Shown one piece after another: positions 1 to 10,999 of a stretch of 60,000 bases of DNA (positions are counted from its first letter, which is position 1; each line of letters begins with the position of its first letter). This DNA comes from Mobula hypostoma (taxonomy: Eukaryota). The translations under genes were made by a program, and so were the position numbers. The stretch covers positions 95,172,001-95,232,000 of the forward strand of contig NC_086107.1 in assembly GCF_963921235.1 (NCBI RefSeq), in the 5' to 3' direction. The notes below the pieces were generated by a model that did no database searches, was not told the origin of the DNA, and saw only the letters and a list, made by a program, of their open reading frames with translations.

Positions 1-230
1 TCGAGGTCCTCGGAGTGAGACAGAAAGAGCTCCTTGGGCAGAGCAGTACTGTGGTGTCGCTCAAAGAAATCATCCCTGAAGATGCTGTCCTCCCAGTCAC
101 TGAAGAGGCTGCTGTCATTTAGGCCGGAGGGAGGGGGAGAAGATGGAGGCGGACAGGGGCGGCGGAAAAGCAACTGGAGCAGGGGGATGCAGAAAACTTG
201 CCACAGGGAGCAGAGGAGGGACAGCAGCAA
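1..230 (-). CDS. PKMYT1: PKMYT1 (Myt1 kinase) late coding exon: membrane-association segment plus start of the C-terminal tail; runs off the window start
   Basis: Minus-strand acceptor (tctgtctgtccgccccccag) at 232-231, then an open phase-0 frame LLLSLLCSLWQVFCIPLLQLLFRRPCPPPSSPPPSGLNDSSLFSDWEDSIFRDDFFERHHSTALPKELFLSHSEDL. This aligns by eye with human PKMYT1 ALLALLCWLWHGLAHP...[25 protein letters not shown] (recalled). Confidence 0.8.
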   Translation of the reverse strand, partial: MLLSLLCSLWQVFCIPLLQLLFRRPCPPPSSPPPSGLNDSSLFSDWEDSIFRDDFFERHHSTALPKELFLSHSEDL

Positions 231-749
231 CTGGGGGGCGGACAGACAGACGCACGCATACACGGATATCACCCCAACACACAGAGACAGATGTGTACAG
301 AGACAATCCACACCCAGGTCGGCTGGAAGGGAGCGAGATGGATTCAGGGCAAGTGAAATCACAGCACACTCTCACCCACTGTGTTTTCAATGGGGTAGGG
401 TTTCATGGTGGGACAATTATTTACACAGCTGTGGGAAGGCGTGTGATGGCATGAGGCAAAACTGCTTGAGAGGGATTAGTTCCCTTCGCTTTTGGCTGCC
501 ACATGTAGACAAACTGTTGTCAAGCTAAAGTGGTGGGACTTGTCAAGCTGGCTAGACTGGTAAAGTGACGGTACCTGAACCAGGGTGGTATGCAAGCAGC
601 AAGCGGTGTATGCCGACAACACACAGGAGATTGGGCATTTAATGTTATTTGGGTGTTTCCTGGTGACTGGTACCGGGAATGCTTCATTCTTCTGTAATGG
701 AGTCTACACTGACATAACCATTGCCAAATTTGCACTCGATTTGGCGGGG

Positions 750-1320
750 TTAGTTGGTAAATCGGCTTATCGTTGTGTGCCAAGATACAGTGGAGGGGGA
801 AGTCCGTTTTGTGTACCTGTCATTTCACTACATCATACCATTGAGAGCACAAGGGAAAACAATAACAATAATGTGTTGCAGTTGCAGAGAAAGTGCAGAC
901 AGACAATAAGGTTCAAGGGCCACGGCAAGGTAGACTGTGAGGTCAAGAATCCCATCTTATCATACTAGAGGATCGTAGGATGGACTTCTGTATTGGCTTT
1001 TGTATCTTCTGCCCAATGAGAGGGGGGAGAAGAGAGAATGTCTGGGGAGGATGGGGACTTTCCTGAGGCAGCAGGAAATGTAGACAGAGTCCACGGAGGG
1101 GAGGCTGGTTTCCGTGACATGCCGAGCGGTGTCCATGACTTCTTGCAGTCAAGGGCAGAGCACACCAAACTGAGATGCATCCGGTGAGGGTCGACGGTTC
1201 ACACCGAATTTCCTTAACCTCCTGAGGAAGTAGAGGTGTTGGTGACATCTGCGTGGTTAGACCACGACAGGCGGATGGTATGCAAACTTGGGAACTTAAA
1301 GTTGTACGTTACTCCTGTAG
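750..1320 (-). mobile_element. Degenerate 3' fragment of a Rex/L2-type LINE
   Basis: Minus strand reads HQHLYFLR (the AQQRLYFLR motif) near 1220-1245. The tail is shared with copies near 12300-12480, 31870-32330 and 54110-54545. Confidence 0.6.
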
Positions 1321-1629
1321 AGCATGGTGAAGTGTGGCAAATGAGGTGGGATTGGAGTAGGATTAGTGGTAGGGGCAGGCAGGGCACCTCCGTAGAGGGT
1401 GCAGTGAAGGCTCACTAGGATGAAGCCTTTCATTTACAAGTGAGGCTGGATCTGTGCTCCCTGAATTTCACAGGGTCACTACCCTCTAGCTAAAGAAATT
1501 CCTTCTTATCTCAAACATCTTCTCCAAGTCCATTCTATCTAGGCCTTTCAATATTTGCTGTGGACGCCCAATGGCTGAACTATGACGGGACTCTTTAAGT
1601 TAAGTAATTCTCTCACTCAAGTTGCTCGA

Positions 1630-4600
1630 TCTTGGAGCCCCGCCTCTTATCACCTCCCTGGTGTACTCTTGACATAGAAACTGGATGTACATCCCACCAA
1701 AGCCTTGGAGCAGAAATCCTCCCATCTCTCCCATCAAGTGGCCCGAAGCACTTAGAACGAATCCCAGAGTCAGCTGTCCTCCAGCAGCCAGTTATTAAAA
1801 TGCCACCTGTGAGTGCACTGGAGCGTAGTGGATCCACGAGGTGGTGGTCTGAGAACGGTACTGGCCAAATGGAGGATGCTGACAGGCAGGAGATGGATAA
1901 CCAAGAGATATTGAGGCAATCAATGTGGAACCTACCTGCCAAGATGGCACTAGAGTCAGAGATGAGGTTCAATAAGTTACAGGAGCCTGCTAGCTCCTCT
2001 AACTTTGCTTATGCTGGGTCACGCTGGAGACCAGAGTGGTCCTCCTCGAGAGTACAGTTGAAGTCTCCCCCGAGGATGATGCAGTCCCGTGGATTGCTGA
2101 AGCTCAACAGGATGGACACCTGATAGAACAGTGGTGTCTGCAACTCTCCGTGCCCGGGGGCATACATGTTAACGTAGTGCATCAGTATGCCATCCAGTGC
2201 ACGGCAAGATGTCGCGGACAGCCAGGAACAATATCCTGGACTTTTACAATTTCTGTTTGGAAAGTTGGGGCCAGCAAAATCGCCACCCCACCAGAGAGTA
2301 AGCTGAGGGACCTCTATCTGCCACTCCAGGAGCCAAGTGGACTCCTATCCTGGGATAGTATGAAAACATACTGCTCATCTCCCATCCCTAAGGACTGAAA
2401 GATTGTTAAACTTGCGGAGAGAGCCTCTGCTGCCGTTGCATTCACATGGAGACTAACTATGGTGAGCTTCATGTCGGGAGTACGCTAGGCCTCAGCACCA
2501 GCACCCTTCGTTTCACCCTACGAACTCCAAGCAAGAGCGAGAATGCTTTTTTCCTTTCTGGGTTCGAGTGGTGCCAGAGCCACCTGGTGTCCTGCTATCC
2601 CCGAAAGTGGGAGGCTGCTTTTCACCCTCACCAGGTCATCCAGGAAGGTTTTAAGCTATTGACTATTATTCCTGGTTTCCCCTTCCATTTGAGGATGACA
2701 CGCAAAGACCTCACCAGCCTTGGCATGCCGGACTAGCATAGGGAGGCTCGATTCAGCCTGTACTTCACAGAGTTGAGAATAAGTTCTTTGATTTCCTCAA
2801 CAGGTGCCAGCAGGGACTTCTCAGGAGGGGTGAGGATGTCCATTGTCTTACTGTCAATGAGTTCTCCTCTAACCCCTCAGTACACATGGAGCCCCCTTCT
2901 TCCTCCCCGTGTGTATGAGCAGGCGAGAGCACTTCTAACCCACACTGCATGGTGGTTGCTTCACTCGCACCTGCTGGTTCCACCTCGACCTCAGTCCTAT
3001 TCCCAGAAACAACGACAGAGGGATAGCCCCTAAGAATTTGTTTGGAACCAAGGGTTGATGGGGTCAGCGTGGTGAGTATATCTCTCGCCTCGGGAGCCAA
3101 ATCCCGAGAGTGAGAGGGGCTTGTCAGTACTTCACTGACCTGAACCTATGTACCTGTCTCTCAGGAGGTGCTAACCAATAAGTCCTGGATGGAGACCTCC
3201 AGAACCGTCTCCGTGGTCAGTCCAGGGACGACAGCTCCTTCAGCAACACCACCTCGTCACACTCTCACCCACCACAGGTCTCGTGGCCACATTTGGAAGT
3301 TGAAGTTTGGGCCAACCTTCCCTGAGATTCCTACCCCTTTCAATGACTCCTGCACACCTGTACTCTTCTACTGGGGGAGGGCTCCTTCTCCTCTTCGGGC
3401 TGAAGGAACACGCAGGTACAGGAAGTACTGATGCATTGGTACCCTTCGCTTCCATTGCCCTGTCTACCCAAGACCTTCCCTTTGTCTCGCCTGCCCTGAA
3501 TGTGAGCATGCCCACATTCTTGGGAGCCTTCTTCCCAAGATGCTTGCTCTTCTTCCTTGCCTTCCTGCCATGCAGAGTCTTCCCCTGTCCCTCCCTGCAC
3601 CTGTGCTATATGCAGTCTTTGGTTTCCTCTGACTCTAACTCGGGGCAGCGGTGCCAAGTGGAATCCTTCGACTGAGGGTAGGACAATTCCTCCGAAATTG
3701 CCCCACTTCCAAGTATGTATGGGACTGCAGACGCTGAGGGCTCCAGTACACCCGGTAGCTTCCCCATTATACCGGATGGTAACTGACCCTCAACATCCTC
3801 CTCCCTTGCCAGCTGCATAAACTGCTGCCGCAGAAAAGATTATGCTGCGGAGGGTGTAAATCTTGAATTTGTTTGATAGTGGTGATCTCCAATCTTGCCC
3901 CAAGGTAGGGAAGGAGGCCTCATAAGGAATGAAGGGTTTGACATGTTGGAGGATGATCCGTTGTGTGGGAGCAGTCACCACATCCAACTGCAAAGAGGTC
4001 TCTAACTTTCATCCCATAACTGATGCACCAACCCATTTGTCCTCGGGTGTCATTGCTTCCTTGAACTCTTTCTCAGAGCTCAGAATAACATCTTACCCAA
4101 CCAAGTCCTCCATGGCCTCGGAACACTGTTATTCCAGGGTGCAAAATACATTGCACCCCACATTCAACCATGACTGTCTGAAGCACAGCACTGTCCGAGA
4201 GCATGGCGACAGTCACCCTTTCATAGTCCCCAGAGGTCTGCAACTCCCAGGAGACCATCTGACGTGGCATGATGGCACTGCAGTCCCAACTGAAAAACAA
4301 ATAGAATGAACACTGCTGAAGTGTGGGCAGCAGTGTCCACTGACAAAGTCACTGAAGCGAGTAGCGCTCTTAAACGGAATAGTTTGGTGCCAGCAGATCC
4401 CGTTGGTCTGACTGCCCTGAGATTGTGGGATCCTAGGAAGAGCTGGAACACGTCACTGACGGTCCCTTTTGAGACGGCACCAGAAATTCCAATGTCAGGA
4501 AGGGCTCCATCGGTCTTGAAGAACTGCCAGCCAGACAGGAAAAGGATGAAATGTCCAAAATGTTCCTGTACTCACGCCAGTCAAGGAATACAACGAGGCA

Positions 4601-4690
4601 GGAGGAAGGGGTGTTGTCCTAGTGTTAGGGGGGGATCAGCAGTGATTCTCTCCCTTCTTTCCAGGTGAAACACTGCGATGAGAATCTATG
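1630..4690 (-). mobile_element. Degenerate Tx1/L1-clade LINE: ORF1 remnant plus start of the ORF2 endonuclease
   Basis: ORF2 start ATG at 2472-2470 (MKLTIVSLHVN). ORF1 remnant TAPTQRIILQHVKPFIP in ORF 3790..3993. Region 1630-2420 is homologous to 9860-10690. Confidence 0.7.
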
Positions 4691-4999
4691 CAGTTAGCAA
4701 CCACCAACAAGCAGCCCAAACTGGCGGAAAAACAGAAGCCTCCACACTAAAACAACCACTCACTGAGATGTTCAGGAGACCCTTCACACCTCTTCCAATG
4801 TCTCTGAAAAACTTTATCCAGCAATTTTCCTTGATTTCTCCTAGCTCAATCAAAACATCTCCATACTGTGGCTGTCCCTGGGAGTGTGTGATGGGATGGC
4901 AAGAAGGGAAATTCACTCTTGTGTCTGACACTGGGAACCTGTGATAGGAAGGTATGGAGGGAGCTTCACCCCATGTCTAACCTTGGGAGTGTTTGAATT

Positions 5000-5825
5000 G
5001 AATTGACTTTATTATTTACCCCCTTCACATACATGAGTAAAAATCTTTATGTTACATCTCTGCCGTAATGTGCAATTTATAGTAACTTGTAATCAACAGT
5101 ATCTACAACAGAGCAGTCAGTATAGCATAGAAATACAGATATATCAGCGTGAATTAATCAGTCTGATGGCCTGGTGGAAGAGGTTATCCTGGAGCCTGTT
5201 GGTCCTGGCTTTTATGCTGCAGTACCGTTTCCCCATGATCCTTCGGGCTCTTTTTACACAACTGTCTTTGTAAATGTCCTGAATAGTGGGAGGTTCACAT
5301 CTACAGATGCGCTGGGCTGTTCGCACCACTCTCTGCAGAGTCCTGTGATTGAGGGAAGTACAGTTCCCGTACCAGGCAGTGATGCAGCTAGTCCGGATGC
5401 TCTCAATTGTGCCCCTGTAGAAAGTCCTCAGGATTTGAGGACCCATACCGAACTACTTTAACCATCTGAGGTAAAAGACACTGTTGTGCTTTCTTCACCA
5501 CACAGCCGGTATGTATAGACCACGTGAGATCCTTGGTAATGTGTATGCTGAGGAACTTAAAACTGTTCACCCTCTCAACCCCAGATCCATTGATGTCAAT
5601 AGGGATTAGCCTGCCTCCATGCCTCCTGTAGTCCACAACCAACTCCTTTGTTTTTGTGACGTTGAGGGAGAGGTTGTATTCTTGACACCACTGTGTCAGG
5701 GTGATGACTTCTCTGTAGGCTGCCTCATTATTATTTGAGAGTAGGCCAATCAATGTAGTATCGTCAGCAAATTTAATTAGCAGATTGGAGCTGTGGGTGG
5801 CGACACAATCATGGGTATACGGAGT
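5000..5825 (-). mobile_element. 5'-truncated Rex/L2-type LINE RT fragment
   Basis: ORFs 5403..5948 and 5144..5446 contain YTHDC, IKFADDTTLIGL, LSLNVTKTKELVVD and TFYRGTIES; tail near 5000. Confidence 0.8.
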
Positions 5826-5829
5826 AAAG

Positions 5830-6430
5830 GGACAGTGTAGAGAGTGTTTCACTCTGTGTCTGACCCAGGAATGTATGGTGGAATGGTGTGGAGGTCTTCT
5901 CACTCTGACCCAGGATTGTGCGATGGGATGGTATGGGAGGAGATTCATCCTGTGTCTGACCCTGGGAGTATGTGATGGAACATTCCATACATTTCTACAC
6001 TTCCATACCTGTTAGTATGTGGTTGAACAGGGGGTATCTGCTGTTCTGGAGGGGCTAACACTTCCTTTTGCCCCCCCCCCCAACAGGATGTGTTTTTAAT
6101 GATTCGCCGACACAGGACAACAATATTCACCGATGCCAAAGAATCGACCACAGTTCTGGAGCTGAAGAAGGTAGTCGAGGGCATCTTGAAGCGATTGCCA
6201 GAGGACCAGAGACTCTACAAGGTGTGTTGACTGTTTGCCTGTTCCTAATGTGTGTTCGTGCATTGTCCTTGGAGTGGGTGATGGGATGGTGTGGAGGGAG
6301 CCTCACCCAGTGTCTGATCCTGGGAATACAGTATGTGATATTGTGGTGTGGAGGGAGCTTCACTCAGTATCTGATGCTGGGAATATGTGATAGTGCAGTG
6401 TGGTGGGAACTTCACTCTGTGTTTAACCCC
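5830..6430. repeat. ~50-bp minisatellite flanking ELOB exon 2 (arrays at 5830-5985 and 6270-6430; further arrays at ~4878-4995 and ~12525-12670)
   Basis: Degenerate tandem units of GGGAGTGTGTGATGGGATGGTGTGGAGGGAGCTTCACTCTGTGTCTGACCC. Confidence 0.8.
6087..6221 (+). CDS. ELOB: Elongin B exon 2
   Basis: cag|GAT...AAG|gtgtgt; 135 nt encoding [45 protein letters not shown], close to human ELOB residues 2-46. Confidence 0.97.
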
Positions 6431-6539
6431 TTTCATTTTACAAAAATACATTTATTACAAATTCATGCCACTGCACCAGTGTACAATCACAAACAAAACC
6501 CAGCCAAATCATGACTAGCACAAACTAAGCTAACACATT

Positions 6540-9500
6540 CTCATCTTCTTCAACGATGGCATTGATCCCTGCGGTGCCCAGTGGTTTCAGATCAACTCTG
6601 TTACCTGTGGATGCCACGTGTTCTCTTTCCAGTCATAACCCCTGAACATTGTCAGGCAGTGAGCCTAGTCAGTACTTACCGCTGCCCATCTCCAGGACCC
6701 ACAGATAATTATCTTAGCCAGCCCCAGGAGCAAGTTAACTAGGACATCCTCCTCCCACCCTGACCCCCTCCTTACTGGATGACCAAAGATGGAGAGGGTG
6801 GGGCTAAAATGCAGCCAGAAGGCGAGAAACAGCCCCCTCAGCTATGCAGGTAGGGGCTGCAGCCTCGTACACTCTGTGTACATATGGTTCACGGTTTCTT
6901 TCAGCCAGCAGAAGTGACAGGCAACTGGGAGATCCGTGTAGAAGGGGTGGGCATGCTAACAGAAGGGCTTCCACTGGGAACCCCCTCGCTCCCAGGTGTG
7001 AAGATTGGCTGGGACGGTGAACGACGGCTAGGAAATGGATGGCGCGAGGCAGCAGCTCACGCAGGTACCCCCTACCTGCAGCTCTGAAAGGGACTGTAGG
7101 TCTTGATGTGAGATGGCTCAAGCTTTGAGGGACCAGCTCCCAGATAAGATTCTGTGGCTTGGGGCCGACGAGCAACTCCAGTTGAGCAGAGGTGGGCTCA
7201 GCCAGAATTACTCCACTGACTCGAGCCGCACCAGCACCCAGTGAGGTAGGACTGGGACCCTCAGCCTGGCCAGAAGTAACCTTAGCAAGTCCTGATAGAA
7301 GTCTGCAGAACAGCACGGCTGACGTCCACCAGGGATAGCCAAGTCACTTCGTTAAGGCGGCGGCCACCCTGGAGTAGGGACGTCATGAGCACATGACATC
7401 TGGGAAGGTGCTTGGTGTACAGCAGGGTCCTGAGGCCAAGAGTTGCCAACGTGTGCAGACACACACCAGCGACTGTCTACCATTTCCAATGAGGAGACTC
7501 AGGATCACTGCAAAGACCTAGTATTTCCTGTTGCCCAAGAAGTCGTCCACTAACTTTCTCTGCATTTTGTGGCAAAGGCAACATGGCCATTCGGTACCGA
7601 AAAACCCTACCTCGGTAGGAAAGTTCCCTGAGAAGCCAGGTCATGACATTCATCTCTAGGTCTTCCCAATTCGCCAGCCAGGCCTCCCAGAGGAACTCAG
7701 ATAGATGAGATGCTTGGTGCTCCATGCAAAATATGTCATCACCCGAGGCAGGGAGTCTGCCTGCCACGGACCCACTAAGAGTCTGGAACATTATGCCCAG
7801 TTCATCCTGGGGAAGGATGGAGCTGCACAAACCTGGCATCATCTGCAGGTCGCCAGGATCTGTCACCATCGGGAGCACGTCATTGGTATAGGCCGATAGG
7901 CAACCTCCATGTCCAACTCGTACGGAACTAGACTCTCTGAAGAAGACACAGGACTGGCTCTGCATAGATGGCATACAACCAGCCAGACTTGGGGATTCCC
8001 CAACATACTTCCCTGTGAAAGGGAGTGGACGCCATCAACGATCCATTAACCTTGACAAGGCACTTTGTGGCAGAGTGTAACAGCGAAACCCATACTACAA
8101 AGTGTGGTCCAGGCCTGCAGCGTGCCCACCAGAAAACTGTGGTCTACCTAATCCCACACTTTCTCCTGGTCAAAGGAAGAAATGCTGCCAGGGATCCAGT
8201 CTCCTGGAGCAGGTGGATCAGATCCCCAACTAGATGAACATTGTCCAGAATAGACCGGCCCAGGACTACGTTGGAATGGTCAGCATGGATCACCTGGCCC
8301 AACACTGAGCCAAGACTGTTGGCCATTGTCCAAGTGAAGATGTAGTCCACACACAAAATGGAGACCAGACACTTAAGATCTCCTTTCTTGAGCAACAGGT
8401 ACATGACAGCTCTCCGACACAATTAAATTTGCGGACGATACCACAGTGGTTGGCCTGATCTCGGACGAGGATGAAACAGCCTACAGGCTTGAGGTGGATC
8501 ATCTGATGGAATGGTGTAAGGACAACAACCTGGTCCTTAACACTTCTAAAACAAAAGAGATGATCATTGACTTCAGGAGATCAAAGGACAGAGTACACCC
8601 CGCCCCCCCCCCCGCCCACCTCCATATACATGGAGAGGTAGTGGAAAGTGTGGAAAACCTAAAGTTCCTTGGAGTTATGTTGTCAAAACAGCTGACATGG
8701 ACCACCAACACCTCGCTGCTTATAAAAAAGGCACAACGAAGACTGTTCTTCCTCAGAAAGCTGAAACAGGCCAAACTCCCACAAAAGCTGTCGCTTAACT
8801 TCTACAGAAGCACAATTGAAACCATCCTGACCAACAGCGCCACAGTGTGGTATGCCAGCTGCACAGCCGCTGAGCGACAAGACCTGCATCGCGTGGTGAA
8901 GGCAGCCCAGCGAATTGTCAGGATGGAGCTCCCAGGACCGGACGCCATCTATTCCAGCAGACTCAGGAGAGCAATCAGCATAACCAGAGACACCACACAC
9001 CCCGGCCGCTCCCTGTTTGACCCGCTGCCGTCCAGCAAAAGGGTCAGGACACTAAAAGCCAGAACAAGTAGACTGAGGAACAGCTTCTATCCCAGAGCTG
9101 TGGCCTCCATCACACCACTCCCACAGAACAATGACTGAAACTGTCAGCATACACAAGGACTCAAATACTTGCATTAATGGCACTTTGTGCATTACTGTGA
9201 TATTCTGGTGCTGCTGCAACTTATTTTCAGTTACTTACCTATTTAATACTGTTTTTCTATTACTCTCTTGTTTTTATCTACGGCTTTATTTAATTGCCTT
9301 AGAGAAAGCCAAACAGAGTTTCATTGTACCTATGTATAATAACAATAAAGATCATTCAATTCAATTCAAAAGGTGAATCTTCCTGGTGCCTAAGCTCTCC
9401 CCTAGAACAAGACTATAATCATCCTCCAGGACATCCCAGAAAGCTTGAAGGGCATCTAGGCTAGGGGACTTGACCCTCAGGAAGTGCTTGAAGGGCTATA

Positions 9501-10690
9501 GACAGCTCATCTCAAGTTGGGAGCATCCAGCCTGACCATCAGCAAACCCTCCCAGACCTCACTGCATGCTTCCACGCTTGATGGATCTGGTGAGAACAAG
9601 GGCCTGTAGAAGGAGAAGAATTCTTTGTTGATTTCATCAGGCCCCATCAGAGGCTAGTAACTACTCTCCTCCACTTCTCTAATGAATAGAAGGGTGAGCC
9701 ACAGTCCAAATCCTGCAGCATTTGGATCCGTGACGTCATATGTGCACCTTGGGGCTGCTGGAGCTACAGATCCTTCGGTGAGTCCTTCCTTCTGGTATAG
9801 CTGTGGATCCTCAGCAGTTGGACCAAGTCGAGCAACTCTCTTTCAAGCTGCGCAATCTCAGAGCCCCACATCTTTATCAACCCCCTAGTGTACTCCTGAC
9901 ATAGAAATCAGATGTGGGCAAAGCCCACATCCCACCATAGCTGGAGGGAGCAGAAATCCTCATGCCTGTCCTTCCAGGTGGCCCAGAACACCTGGAGCAA
10001 ATCCTGAAATCGGCTGTCCTTCAGCAGACGGTTATTAAAATGCCAATACCTGGACCGCACCCTGCAACTGCATCCACATGACGTGGTGCTCTGAACGTGG
10101 CACAGGCTGCATGGAGGCTACTCGTGCACAAGAGGCATACGTCTAAGAAATATAGAGGTGGTTTATGCAGCCCCACCCCCAACCTTCTCAAGAAGGCGCT
10201 GGAGTCAGGATGAATGTGTCCACCAAGCCAAAGGAGCCCACTAACTCCTTTAACTTCTTCATCGACGCTGGAGACCTGAGTCATCCCCCTCCTCGAGGGT
10301 ACAGTCGAAATCTCCTGAGGATGACGCAGTCCCCAGCATCGATGGAACTCAGCAGGGTGAACACCCGATGGAACAGGTGCATCTGCAACACCCTGCCCCC
10401 AGGGGCATACACATTGACAAATAGCAATGGTATGCCGTCCAGACACACAGCAAGGTGGAGCAGACGGCTGGGAATGATATCCTGGACTTTTATGATTTCT
10501 ACTGGAATGTCGGGGCCAACAAGATTGCCACCCCACTGGTGATGGAGCTGAGGTGGCTCGTGTAGACCCCTCTCTGCCACTCCAGGAGCCAAGTGGACTC
10601 ATCTCCTGGAATGGTATTGATTTCCTGCAGGAAACTCGCTGCATATCTCCCATTGTTAAGGATTGCGAGATTGTTAAACTTGCGGAGAGA
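6540..10690 (-). mobile_element. Degenerate Tx1-clade LINE ORF2 (endonuclease and RT), interrupted by a younger LINE at 8419-9369
   Basis: Remnants FLQE and GVAILLAP (endonuclease), LLLKKGDL, GRSILDNVHLVGDLI and LSAYTNDV (decayed YADD) across minus-strand ORFs. Confidence 0.75.
8419..9369 (+). mobile_element. Young 5'-truncated Rex/Babar-like LINE nested in the Tx1 element
   Basis: Open frame from IKFADDTTVVGLI through ORF 8446..9138; AATAAA at 9344 and an (ATTCA)n tail. Confidence 0.85.
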
Positions 10691-10699
10691 ACCCTGCCC

Positions 10700-10840
10700 T
10701 GTCTGCGTGTGCACTTGTGGGAATTTGCATGTTCTCTGTGTAACTGTGGGTTTCTCCCAAATGCTCTGGTTTCTCCCAGTGTCTCAACAACAGGAGGGAG
10801 GGTGGGAATTGGTCCCTGTGAATCCCACCCATGGGTAGGT
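10700..10840 (+). mobile_element. V-SINE-like fragment (other copies at ~42560-42830 -, ~46730-46997 -, ~52495-52622 +)
   Basis: Core resembling GGAGTTTGCACGTTCTCCCCGTG...GGGTTTCCTCCGGGTGCTCCGGTTTCCTCCCAC, the V-SINE central domain (recalled). Confidence 0.6.
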
Positions 10841-10999
10841 TAAAGGTTAATGTGATCATAGGGGAACCAAGTGGTGATGTGCAGGAAAGAGGAGACGTTT
10901 GAGGTAACACTCCAGCCAGCAGGTGGTGGTGTTGTGTTGTCCTCTCCCCTGCCTGAGAGTTGGTTTATTCCTGTCAGGTAAATTGATGTATGGTTTATT

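Noticed and set aside
34..528. 164-aa plus-strand ORF at the window start
   Set aside because: It is the antisense frame of the PKMYT1 exon.
2455..2470. ATG|GTGAGC as possible ELOB exon 1 (similar hits near 1275, 3776 and 5928)
   Set aside because: All lie within LINE or minisatellite sequence, with no promoter or CpG context.
5830..6430. Regularly spaced repeats resembling a CRISPR array
   Set aside because: Contiguous degenerate tandem units without unique spacers, in a vertebrate intron; this is a minisatellite.
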